A stretch of DNA of 64,000 nucleotides from an uncultured Candidatus Rokubacteria bacterium (GTDB lineage: Bacteria > Methylomirabilota > Methylomirabilia > Rokubacteriales > DASRDR01). Below the pieces are notes generated by a model. It worked only from the letters and a program-made list of their open reading frames with translations. It searched no databases and was not told where the DNA came from. Made by a program: the position numbers and the translations under genes. The stretch is from assembly GCA_963826115.1 (NCBI GenBank), contig CAWGVS010000006.1, forward strand, positions 160,001 through 224,000, in the 5' to 3' direction. This document shows, one piece after another, positions 1 to 8,639 of this stretch; the first letter of the stretch is position 1; every line of letters starts with the position of its first letter.

Positions 1-1
1 G

Positions 2-1483
2 CTCACGTATCGGCAGCTCCAGGGCGCGGTCGGCCGGCTGGGCTCCGCGCTCCGCGCGCTCGGCGTCGAGGAGGAGGACCGGGTGCTCCTCCGGGCCCCG
101 TCGATCCCGCCGGCGCTCGTGGCCAACTTCGCGGTCATTCGGATCGGCGGCGTGATCGTGCCCACCTCGCCCCTGTTCTCGCGGGCCGAGCTCGCGCACG
201 TGGCGGAGGATACCGAGGCGGTCGCCCTCATCGTCGCGGCGCCGCTCCTCGAGGAGGTCGAGAAGGCGCGGGCCGACCTGGGCCGCGTCCGCCACGTCGT
301 CGTGATCGGCGGCGACGCGGCGGAGATCAAGGCCAAGGGCTACATCCCCTACGGCGAGCTCCTGGCGACTGGCGCCGAGGCGTGTCCGCCGGTCCGGCGC
401 GACCGTCTCGCCGTCTCCGTCCTCCTCTACACGTCCGGGACCACCGGGCTGCCGAAGGGCACCGCCCACGTCATGGAGGAGGCGCTCACCGTCCCCGACG
501 GCTTCGGGAAGCACGGCTGGCGCGTGGAGCCGGGCGACGTGATCGGCGGGCCGGCGCCTCTGTCGCTCGCCGCCGGGTACTCGACGCAGGCGGTCATCCC
601 GTTCCGGTTCGGCGCCGCGGCCTCGCTCCTCCCGCGGTTCACGCCCGAGGGGATGTTCGAGCAGATCCAGAAGCACCGGATCACGGTGGTGTCGATCCTG
701 CCGACGGCCTACCGGAAGATGATGCAGGTGCCGGACGCCGCGCGCCGCTACGACCTCGCGTCGGTCCGCATCTGCACCGGGGGCGGCGAGTCGCTGGGGG
801 CCGCGACCTACCGGGACTGGAAGGCGATGTTCGGGCTCGAGATCTACGAGGGGCTCGGGACGACCGAGATGATGTTCGTGTTCGTCTCGTCGGCCGTCAC
901 GCGCCGGGTCACGCCCGGCGCCATCGGGCCCGCCGTGCCCGGGTACGAGCTGCGGGTCCTCGGCGACGACGGCGCGCCGGTCGCTCCCGGCGCGGCCGGC
1001 GTCCTGGTCGCCCGGGGGCCGACGGGCGCCCTCTACTGGCGCGATCCCGAGAAGCAGCGCGCCACGGTCCGCGACGGGTGGTCGCGCGCGGGGGACTTCG
1101 TCACGCTCGACGCCGACGGGTACGTCTGGTTCATGTCCCGGGAGGACGACCTCATCAAGTCCTCGGGCTACCGCATCGGGCCCGAGGAGGTGGAGGAAGC
1201 GCTGGCCGGGCATCCGGCGGTGGCCGACGCCGGCGTCATCGGGGTCACCGACCCCGTCCGGGGGCAGCGCACGCGGGCGTACGTGACGCTCCACCCGGGA
1301 CAGGCGGCGTCCGACGCCCTCCGGCGCGAGCTGATCGAGTTCTGCCGCGACAAGGTCGCGGTCTACAAGCTGCCGCGGGAGGTCGCGTTCGTGCCGCAGC
1401 TCCCGCGCGCGCCCGGCCCCGCCGGCCCGGGGACGGGCAAGCTCCTGCGCCGCGTCCTGCGGGAGCAGGCCGCGCGCGGCTGA
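2..1483 (+). CDS. Acyl-CoA synthetase, benzoate/2-aminobenzoate-CoA ligase-like (5' truncated by window edge)
   Basis: ANL motifs LLYTSGTTGLPKG, EGLGTTE, GDFV, IKSSGYRIGPEEVE and TGKLLRR; the frame is open back to position 2 (LTYRQLQGAV...). Confidence 0.9.
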   Translation, partial: LTYRQLQGAVGRLGSALRALGVEEEDRVLLRAPSIPPALVANFAVIRIGGVIVPTSPLFSRAELAHVAEDTEAVALIVAAPLLEEVEKARADLGRVRHVVVIGGDAAEIKAKGYIPYGELLATGAEACPPVRRDRLAVSVLLYTSGTTGLPKGTAHVMEEALTVPDGFGKHGWRVEPGDVIGGPAPLSLAAGYSTQAVIPFRFGAAASLLPRFTPEGMFEQIQKHRITVVSILPTAYRKMMQVPDAARRYDLASVRICTGGGESLGAATYRDWKAMFGLEIYEGLGTTEMMFVFVSSAVTRRVTPGAIGPAVPGYELRVLGDDGAPVAPGAAGVLVARGPTGALYWRDPEKQRATVRDGWSRAGDFVTLDADGYVWFMSREDDLIKSSGYRIGPEEVEEALAGHPAVADAGVIGVTDPVRGQRTRAYVTLHPGQAASDALRRELIEFCRDKVAVYKLPREVAFVPQLPRAPGPAGPGTGKLLRRVLREQAARG

Positions 1484-1492
1484 GGGGACCCC

Positions 1493-2341
1493 GTGGTGGG
1501 CCGCTTCGCGGGCCGCGTCGTCTTGATCACGGGCGCCTCGTCCGGCATCGGGGCGGCGGTCGCGCGGGAGTTTGCCCGGGAGGGTGCCGATCTGGTCCTG
1601 ACGGCGCGCCGCCTTCCGCGCCTGGAAGCGCTCGCCGCGGAGCTCCGGGCGGCCGGGCGCCGCACGCTGGCCAGCCCGTGCGACGTCACCGAGGATGGCG
1701 CCCTCGAGCGAGCCGTCGGCCAGGCCCTCGACACGTTCGGCCGCCTCGACGTCGTGGTGGCCAACGCCGGGTTCGGCGTCGTCGGCCCGGTCGAGCGCCT
1801 CACGCTCGACGACTACCGCCGGCAGTTCGAGACCAACGTGTTCGGCGTGCTCCGGACGGCCCGGGCGGCGCTCCCCGCGCTCCGGCGGAGCCGCGGGACG
1901 CTGGCGATCGTCGGCAGCGTGGCCGGTCACGTCCCGACGGCTGGCGTGTCGGCCTACGCCATGAGCAAGGCGGCGGTCGGCGCGCTGGCCGCCGCGCTGC
2001 GGGGCGAGGTGCGGGCCGCCGGGGTCGCCGTGGTCCTGGTGAGCCCGGGCTTCGTCGACAGCGAGTTCCGCCAGGTCGACAACCGCGGGGCGCATCATCC
2101 GGACGCGCCCGACCCGGTGTCGCGCTGGCTGGTGGTTCCGGCCCCGAAGGCCGCACGGGCCATCGTGCGCGGCATCGCCCGGCGGCGCCGCGAGGTGGTG
2201 GTGACGGGACACGGCAAGGCGGTCGTGTGGCTGGCGCGTCACTTCCCCGGCGTCCTGGCCTTCGCCCTCGAGCGCGGCGCCTACCGCTCGCGAGGCGAGC
2301 CGGGAGGCGTGCGCGGCGCCGACGCGGATGGTGTCTCGTGA
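1493..2341 (+). CDS. Short-chain dehydrogenase/reductase (SDR)
   Basis: TGASSGIG, VANAG, catalytic YAMSK. Confidence 0.92.
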   Translation: MVGRFAGRVVLITGASSGIGAAVAREFAREGADLVLTARRLPRLEALAAELRAAGRRTLASPCDVTEDGALERAVGQALDTFGRLDVVVANAGFGVVGPVERLTLDDYRRQFETNVFGVLRTARAALPALRRSRGTLAIVGSVAGHVPTAGVSAYAMSKAAVGALAAALRGEVRAAGVAVVLVSPGFVDSEFRQVDNRGAHHPDAPDPVSRWLVVPAPKAARAIVRGIARRRREVVVTGHGKAVVWLARHFPGVLAFALERGAYRSRGEPGGVRGADADGVS

Positions 2342-2344
2342 CCG

Positions 2345-2370
2345 ATTGTCAGTCGGTCGTCGGTGACAAT
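2345..2370. promoter_or_regulatory. Inverted repeat, candidate enhancer (UAS) for a sigma54 activator
   Basis: ATTGTCA-N12-TGACAAT, overlapping a second inverted repeat GACCGA-N7-TCGGTC; about 115 bp upstream of a -24/-12 promoter. Confidence 0.5.
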
Positions 2371-2485
2371 TTCTGGCAAGGCGAACGGGCTAGTTCGCCC
2401 CCGCCCGGCACGCACTTGGCGTCGCCTGGCCGACGAAGCGAGCAAAACCGCCACCTTAGACGGTGCGCCGCGTCCCAGGTGGTCA

Positions 2486-2501
2486 TGGCACTGGCCTTGC
2501 T
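2486..2501 (+). promoter_or_regulatory. sigma54 (RpoN) -24/-12 promoter
   Basis: TGGCACTGGCCTTGCT matches TGGCAC-N5-TTGCW with exact GG-N10-GC spacing; intergenic, upstream of the MshEN genes. Confidence 0.8.
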
Positions 2502-2567
2502 ATCTCTCCCGCCAGAGCCATGCAACAGCACGAGATCCGATCGAGCGCAGCAGGGAGTGGGGGACCC

Positions 2568-3815
2568 ATGAACGGTGTGGAGGAAGCTCCGCCTCCGGTC
2601 CCCGAGGCCCGCCGAGGGCTCCTCGGCGAGATCCTGATCCGCGAGGGCCTCATCAACGAGGGCCAGCTGTCGACGGCCCTCATGGTCCAGCGGGAGACCG
2701 AGCCGACGACGCCCCTCGGGCAGATCCTGGTCCGCCAGGGCGCGATCACCCAGCGTCAGCTCAACAACGTCCTCGACCGGTACCGCAAGAAGTACCGGCT
2801 GGGCGACATCCTCGTCGAGACCGAGACGATCACCGAGCACCAGCTCCAGATCGCGCTCGACCACCAGAAGAAGACGGGGCTCCGGCTGGGCGACGCCCTC
2901 CTCCAGCTCAACTTCGTGACGGAGGAAGAGGTCAACCAGGCGCTGTGCAAGCAGTTCGGGGTCACCTTCGTCGACCTCGACCGGCTCGTGCTCGACAACA
3001 GTCTGTCGCTGGTGATCAACCGCGAGTACGCCGAGCGCCACCGCGTGATCCCGATCTCGAAGGCCGACCGTGTGCTGGTCGTCGCCATGGACGACCCGTC
3101 CGACCTGAGTGTCGTGGCGGAGCTGGCGGCCGCGACCGGATCGCGCGTCAACGTGGTGACCTCGACCCACGCCGCGTTCCGCCGCGCCTTCGCCCGGACC
3201 TACGGCGAGAGCGCCGAGATCGGCCTCGTGCGGCGCGCCGAGCAGCTCGGGCGCGAGTACGAGACGCTCCGGGTGGAGAACGAGGCGAACAAGGAGAAGC
3301 TCGGCGAGCTCCGGCGGGCCCACGAGGTCCTGCTGGCGGATCGCGAGGCGTCGACGCGCACCCTGGCCGAACAGCGCACGCGGAACGAGTGGAACGACCA
3401 GGCCCTGACAGGGCTCCGCGAGGCTCACGCGGTGCTGCGCGCCGACTACGAGTCGGCTCGGGCCACGCTCGAGAAGCTGCGCGCCGAGTACGCCGAGAGC
3501 ACGCGGATGCTGGGCGACCTCCGGGAGGCCCACGAGGCCCTGAATGCCGAGCACGCGGGCACGGCGGAGCGGATGGCCGAGCGCCAGGCGCGGAACGAGT
3601 GGAACCTGCGAGTGCTCGACGAGCTCCGGAGCGCGCAGGACGGGTTGCGGAGCGCGTACGAGGGTCTCCGCGGCGAGCTCGAGCTCGCCCAGGGGCACCG
3701 GACGGAGGCCGAGTCGCGACTGACCGAGCTCCGGGCGTCGCACGCGACGCTCCTCACGGAATACTCGGCGATCGTGCGGGAAATCGAAGCGGTCACGGAC
3801 CGCCTGAAGAGCTGA
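2568..3815 (+). CDS. MshEN/T2SSE_N domain protein with C-terminal coiled coil (no ATPase domain), paralogue 1
   Basis: Four 24-aa (R)LGxxLxxxGxIxxxxLxxxLxxQ-like motifs, then AERHRVIPI...VAMDDP of T2SSE_N, then a heptad-rich tail; ATG at 2568 after GGGAG (alternative ATG at 2520). Confidence 0.85.
   Translation: MNGVEEAPPPVPEARRGLLGEILIREGLINEGQLSTALMVQRETEPTTPLGQILVRQGAITQRQLNNVLDRYRKKYRLGDILVETETITEHQLQIALDHQKKTGLRLGDALLQLNFVTEEEVNQALCKQFGVTFVDLDRLVLDNSLSLVINREYAERHRVIPISKADRVLVVAMDDPSDLSVVAELAAATGSRVNVVTSTHAAFRRAFARTYGESAEIGLVRRAEQLGREYETLRVENEANKEKLGELRRAHEVLLADREASTRTLAEQRTRNEWNDQALTGLREAHAVLRADYESARATLEKLRAEYAESTRMLGDLREAHEALNAEHAGTAERMAERQARNEWNLRVLDELRSAQDGLRSAYEGLRGELELAQGHRTEAESRLTELRASHATLLTEYSAIVREIEAVTDRLKS
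3301..3720 (+). repeat. Internal 210-bp (70-aa) tandem duplication in the coiled-coil coding region
   Basis: CGGAACGAGTGGAAC (RNEWN) at 3381 and 3591; CCGGnnGGCCCACGAGG at 3311 and 3521; both pairs are exactly 210 nt apart. Confidence 0.7.
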
Positions 3816-3828
3816 GGAGGCAATCGCG

Positions 3829-5187
3829 ATGGCCACGGCGCACGTGAACGGCAGTTACGGCAACGGCCACGACGCGGTCGCGCTCCCGATGATCGCCCCG
3901 CCGAAGCGCGCCTCGATCTCGCCGCCCCGGACCCGGCTGCTGGGCGAGCTGCTCGTCCGCGAGGGCCTGGTGTCGGAGGCGCAGCTCGCCACCGCGCTCC
4001 GCGCCCAGGAGGCGAGCCCCGACGGGACCCCGGTCGGGCAGCTGCTCGTCGAGCAGGGCGCGCTGTCATCGGCGGACCTCGAGGCGATGCTCCGCCGCTA
4101 CCACAAGAAATACCGGCTGGGCGACATCCTCGTCGAGACGAACGTGATCAGCGAGACGCAGCTCCAGCTGGGCGTCGACCATCACCGGCGGACCGGGCTG
4201 CGGCTGGGCGACGCGCTCCTCCAGCTCGGCTTCGTCAACGAGGAGATGCTGAAGCTGGCCCTCTGCACCCAGCTCGACGTGGCCTTCGTCGACCTCGACC
4301 GGTTCACGATCGACCGCAGCCTCGCGTCCCTGATCTCGCAGAGCTTCGCCCAGCAGCACCGGGTGCTCCCGATCGCCCGGGTCGACGACGAGCTGACCGT
4401 CGGCCTCCAGGACCCGACCGACGGCTGGATCGCCGAGAACCTCGAGGCGATGACCGGTTGCCAGGTGCGGCTGATCATGTCGACCGACGCCGCGTTCCAG
4501 CGGGCCTTCACGCGGGTGTACGGCGAGAATCCCGGTGTCGGCCTCTCACGGCAGCACGAGCGCCTCGAGCAGGCGCACGCCCTGCTTGCGCGCGAGTACG
4601 AGAAGGCGTCGCGGGCGCTCGGTGAGCTGCGCCAGTCCCACGAGGAGTTCCTCAAGGAGCAGGCCGAGCTCCTCCGGTCGGCCGCCGAGCAGGCCAACCA
4701 GCAGAGCGTCCACGAGCGGCGGCTCGCCGAGCTCCAGTCGGCGCACACGGCGCTTCGCGACGAGCACGAGGCACGGGGCCGCGCTCACGCGGAGCTGTCC
4801 CGGGCGCAGGCCGAGACGCTGGAGAGCCTCACCGCGGTCCGGCGCGAGCACGGGCGGCTTCTGAGCGAGCATCACGACCTCGGCGGCCAGCTCGTCGAGG
4901 AGCGGGAGCGCGGGGCGGAGCTGGCGCGACGCTTGGTCGAGCTGGAGTCGGCGCACATCGTGGAGCGCCGGCAGCTCGACGAGCGCGTGGCCGCGCTGAC
5001 CGCACTCGACGCCGCCTACTCGGAGACGACCCGTACCCTGGCCGGCCTCCGGGCCGAGCACGACACCCTGCGGGGCGAGTACGACCGCGTGTCGCGCGAG
5101 CTCCGCGAGCGGTGCCATACCGCCGAGGGGCGCCAGCAGCTCGCCGTCCAGCAGCTCGAGAGTCTGCTCACGCGTCTCCGGCAGTGA
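3829..5187 (+). CDS. MshEN/T2SSE_N domain protein with C-terminal coiled coil (no ATPase domain), paralogue 2
   Basis: RLLGELLVREGLVSEAQLATALRAQ...KKYRLGDILVETNVISETQLQLGVDHH...RLGDALLQLGFV; RBS GGAGG; coiled-coil tail. Confidence 0.87.
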   Translation: MATAHVNGSYGNGHDAVALPMIAPPKRASISPPRTRLLGELLVREGLVSEAQLATALRAQEASPDGTPVGQLLVEQGALSSADLEAMLRRYHKKYRLGDILVETNVISETQLQLGVDHHRRTGLRLGDALLQLGFVNEEMLKLALCTQLDVAFVDLDRFTIDRSLASLISQSFAQQHRVLPIARVDDELTVGLQDPTDGWIAENLEAMTGCQVRLIMSTDAAFQRAFTRVYGENPGVGLSRQHERLEQAHALLAREYEKASRALGELRQSHEEFLKEQAELLRSAAEQANQQSVHERRLAELQSAHTALRDEHEARGRAHAELSRAQAETLESLTAVRREHGRLLSEHHDLGGQLVEERERGAELARRLVELESAHIVERRQLDERVAALTALDAAYSETTRTLAGLRAEHDTLRGEYDRVSRELRERCHTAEGRQQLAVQQLESLLTRLRQ

Positions 5188-5221
5188 CCACGGCGCGCCG
5201 GCGGCGAACTCCCGGCGGCGC

Positions 5222-5890
5222 CTAGCCGGGCCGGCGCTCCGCGCCGAGCCGCCGCCCCAGGGTGTGGACTCGCCGTCCGGGGCCGACCTCGAGCGCCGCC
5301 AGCTCCGTGAAGCCCTGGCGCAGGTAGAACGGGCGCGGGTCGGCGCCGCAGAAGAGGTGGACCCCCGCCACGCCGGCCTTGGCGAGGTCCCGCACGTACC
5401 GCTCGATCAGCGCCGCTCCGATGCCCTGGCCCCGGCACTCCGCCTCGACGTTCATGTGGAGGTGGGCCGGGTACGCGCGACCGAAGTCCAGTGGGAGCGA
5501 TGGTCCGAGCCGAGCCTCGACGCCGCGGGCCCGGCGCAGCACGAGGCGCACCAGTCGCTGCGCGTCCACGGTCCACGCGTAGCGCCGGGCCGCGATCCCG
5601 AGCAGCAGGGGGAGCGTCATGCGGAACCGCCGGGCGCGGCGGAACGCCATCGTGTCGGGGCAGCCCGTGAGGTAGCCGACCACCCGTCCGGCGCGCTCGG
5701 CCACGTAGGTCCATCCCGGCGCGAGCCGCTGGTAGGGCCCGACCCAGAGCGCGGCGAACAGGGGCCAGCGCGCCAGATCGATCGGGTTGCCGTTGTCGCC
5801 GGTCCGGCAGCAGAGGCTCCGTACCGCCTGCCAGTCCGCCGCCGTCGTCGCCACCCGGACGAGCGTCGCGGCGCCGGACTCCGCCGTCAT
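5222..5890 (-). CDS. GNAT family N-acetyltransferase
   Basis: YPAHLHMNV...RGQGIG acetyl-CoA motif, VVGYLTG; ATG overlaps the fbp stop. Confidence 0.85.
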   Translation of the reverse strand: MTAESGAATLVRVATTAADWQAVRSLCCRTGDNGNPIDLARWPLFAALWVGPYQRLAPGWTYVAERAGRVVGYLTGCPDTMAFRRARRFRMTLPLLLGIAARRYAWTVDAQRLVRLVLRRARGVEARLGPSLPLDFGRAYPAHLHMNVEAECRGQGIGAALIERYVRDLAKAGVAGVHLFCGADPRPFYLRQGFTELAALEVGPGRRVHTLGRRLGAERRPG

Positions 5891-6903
5891 GACCTCGCGT
5901 CGCGGACACAACGCTCGGCCAGCTCGACCTCCTCCGCGCTGCCGATGTAGCAGGGCGTGCGCTGGTGGTACTCGGTGGCGTCCACCTCCAGGATCCGCCG
6001 CGTGCCGGTGCTCCCCCGGCCGCCCGCGGTCTCGGCCACCTGCGCCAGCGGCGCCGCCTCGTACAGGAGCCGGATCCGTCCCTCGGGCCGGTCGGCGTCC
6101 TCCGGATAAAGGTAGATGCCGCCTTCGACGAGCGTCCGGTGGAAGTCGGCGACCATGGCGCCCGAGTAACGAAGCGCGTAACGCCGGTTGCCGTCGCGGG
6201 TACCGCGGAGCGACTCGACGAGCGCGCGCGGGGCCGGGCCCCAGCGGGGCCAGCTCGCGTCGTTGACGGCGTACGTGCGTCCGGCGGGAGGCATGCGCGC
6301 GCCGGCCCGCGTGAGGCGGAACTGCCGGTCGGCGGGGTCGAGGCCGAAGACGTCGACGCGCCCTCCCGCCGCGTACACGAAGACGGTGGCCGGGCCATAG
6401 AGGACGTAGCCGGCCGCGAGCTGCCGCGTCCCGGGGCCGAGCACCGCGCGCGCGGGCTCGCGGTCGCGCGGGCCCGGTCCGGGCCGGATCGCGAAGATCG
6501 TGCCGAGCGCGCCGCCCACGTCCGTGTTGAGGGAGCCGTCGAGAGGGTCCAGGCACACCGCGAAGGACTCCGCGGCGGCGGCGTCCGGCCAGGCGACCGG
6601 GACATCGAGCTCCTCGGACGCGACGACGGCCACGACGCCTGTCTGGCGGAGGACCTCCAGCATGAGGTCGTTGCCCACGAGGTCGAGTCGCCGCACGCGA
6701 TCGCCGTGCGCGTTCACGGCGCCGGTCTCGCCGAGGCGCCCGGAGAGGGCCGCGGCGGCGAGCTCCCGCGCGAGCTCCGCGCCTGCCCCGGCGATGGCCT
6801 CGAGGACCGAGACGATACCGGGGGCGAGCGCGGAGCCCCCGCCCTCTGGCGTCCGGAGGTGCTCGGCGAGGGTCGGGAGCGCGCTCGGTCGGCTCGCGGT
6901 CAC
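5887..6903 (-). CDS. fbp: Fructose-1,6-bisphosphatase class I
   Basis: ASEE, LDPLDGSLN, LRYSGAMVADFHRTL, RLLYEAAPLA, HQRTP; GTG overlaps the gnd stop. Confidence 0.93.
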   Translation of the reverse strand: MTASRPSALPTLAEHLRTPEGGGSALAPGIVSVLEAIAGAGAELARELAAAALSGRLGETGAVNAHGDRVRRLDLVGNDLMLEVLRQTGVVAVVASEELDVPVAWPDAAAAESFAVCLDPLDGSLNTDVGGALGTIFAIRPGPGPRDREPARAVLGPGTRQLAAGYVLYGPATVFVYAAGGRVDVFGLDPADRQFRLTRAGARMPPAGRTYAVNDASWPRWGPAPRALVESLRGTRDGNRRYALRYSGAMVADFHRTLVEGGIYLYPEDADRPEGRIRLLYEAAPLAQVAETAGGRGSTGTRRILEVDATEYHQRTPCYIGSAEEVELAERCVRDARS

Positions 6904-7799
6904 TCGCGGGCTCGGACGGCGTGGCCGCCGAACTGGTTGCGCAGGGCGGCCAGCATGCGGTCGGCGAACGAGTCCTCCTCGCGCGAGCGGAACCGCGTGA
7001 AGAGGGCAGCGGTGATCGTCCAGGCGGGCACGGACTGGTCGATGGCGTCCTGCACCGTCCACCGGCCCTCGCCCGAGTCCTCGACCCAGCCCTTGATCTT
7101 CTGGAGCGCGGGATCCTCGGTGAGCGCCCGCCCGGCGAGCTCGACGAGCCAGGAGCGCACGACGCTGCCCTGCATCCAGAGGTCCGCGATCCGCGGGAGG
7201 TCGAGCCCGTACGGGCTCTTGTGCATGAGCGCGAAGCCCTCGGCGATGGCCTGCATCATGCCGTACTCGATGCCGTTGTGGACCATCTTCACGTAGTGAC
7301 CGGCTCCGTGGGCGCCCATGTGACCGTAGCCGTTCTCGGGCGCGAGCGTCCGGAACAGCGGCTCGAGATGCCGGTAGACCGCCTGGTCGCCCCCGACCAT
7401 GAGGCAGTAGCCGACCTGGAGGCCCCAGATGCCGCCGCTGGTGCCGACGTCCATGTAGCGGATTCCCAGGGGCTTGAGGGCCTCGGCCCGCCGCGCGTCG
7501 TCGTGGAAGTTCGAGTTCCCGCCGTCGATGATGATGTCGTCCCGGTCGAGGTGGCGGGCGACGGTGTCGATCATGTCCTGCGTCACGGCGCCGGACGGTA
7601 CCATGACCCAGACCGCCCGCGGCTTCGCGAGCCGGGCGACCAGGTCGGCGACGGACGTCGCGCCCACCGCGCCGTGCCCCTCCGCCTCGCGCACCTTCTC
7701 CGGACTCCGGTTGTACGCCACCACGCGGTGACCGCCCCGCACCAGGCGGACGACCATGTTCATGCCCATGCGGCCGAGGCCGATGAATCCGAGCTCCAT
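6900..7799 (-). CDS. gnd: 6-phosphogluconate dehydrogenase (decarboxylating, short GntZ/YqeC type)
   Basis: [46 protein letters not shown]; RBS GGAGG. Confidence 0.95.
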   Translation of the reverse strand: MELGFIGLGRMGMNMVVRLVRGGHRVVAYNRSPEKVREAEGHGAVGATSVADLVARLAKPRAVWVMVPSGAVTQDMIDTVARHLDRDDIIIDGGNSNFHDDARRAEALKPLGIRYMDVGTSGGIWGLQVGYCLMVGGDQAVYRHLEPLFRTLAPENGYGHMGAHGAGHYVKMVHNGIEYGMMQAIAEGFALMHKSPYGLDLPRIADLWMQGSVVRSWLVELAGRALTEDPALQKIKGWVEDSGEGRWTVQDAIDQSVPAWTITAALFTRFRSREEDSFADRMLAALRNQFGGHAVRARE

Positions 7800-7834
7800 C
7801 GAAGCGTCCTCCGTCGGGGAAGTGTTGTCGGCAG

Positions 7835-8542
7835 TCACGCGCGGGCCGGGTCTCCGCGCCTCAGGACCCGGACGGTCTCCGCCTCGGCGACCAGCACTTG
7901 CTCCGCGGTGCCGAGGAAGAAGCCCGTGTCGACGACGCCGGGGATCCGGCGGATCTCACCGTCGAGCGCGGCGGCGTTGTCCTGGGCCGCGATGCCGCAG
8001 TCGAGGATCCAGTTGCCGTTGTCGGTGACGAACGGCTGTCCGTCCGCCTCCCGCAGGCTGGGCCGGCAGCCGAGCTGGGCGAGGCGCCGGTCGCACAGGG
8101 GACGGGCGAACGGCACGATCTCCACCGGCAGGCGGCCGCGCGCGCCGAGGCGTGGTACGAGCTTCTCCGGGGTCACGAGGATGACCTGGCGCCGGGAGGC
8201 GGCGGCGACGATCCGCTCCCGTGTGAGCGCGCCGCCGTACCCCTTGATCAGATCGAGCGCGGGATCGACCTCGTCGGCCCCATCGACCGTGACGTCGAGG
8301 GGATCCTGTGACAGTTCGATGACGGACAGGCCCAGCGACGTTGCGAGCGCCGCGGTCGCGCGCGACGTCGCCACGGCCTCCACGCGGAGCCCCCGGCCCG
8401 CCGCGGCGGCGAGAGCGCGCACGAAGGCCTCGGCGGCCCGGCCGGAGCCGAGTCCGACGCGAAGGCGAGAGCCCGCCTCGCGCGCGAGCGCCACGGCGTA
8501 GGCGCCCAGGCGCGCGAGCGCCTCGGGCGACGGAGCGGGCAC
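7835..8542 (-). CDS. rpiA: Ribose-5-phosphate isomerase A
   Basis: GLGSG, DGADEVD, IKGYGGAL, TDNGN, PGVVDTG. Confidence 0.95.
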   Translation of the reverse strand: MPAPSPEALARLGAYAVALAREAGSRLRVGLGSGRAAEAFVRALAAAAGRGLRVEAVATSRATAALATSLGLSVIELSQDPLDVTVDGADEVDPALDLIKGYGGALTRERIVAAASRRQVILVTPEKLVPRLGARGRLPVEIVPFARPLCDRRLAQLGCRPSLREADGQPFVTDNGNWILDCGIAAQDNAAALDGEIRRIPGVVDTGFFLGTAEQVLVAEAETVRVLRRGDPARA

Positions 8543-8639
8543 GGGATTCGGTGACGCGCCGACCAGACGTGGCCTCCTCGGAGTGGGAAAGGCCCTAGCC
8601 AGACCTCACCCGGGGGCCTAGCATAGCAGGAGAGTCGAC

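Noticed and set aside
2568-5187. pilB/gspE secretion ATPases or a T2SS/T4P locus
   Set aside because: No Walker A/B or Asp/His boxes, and no pilin, secretin or platform genes nearby
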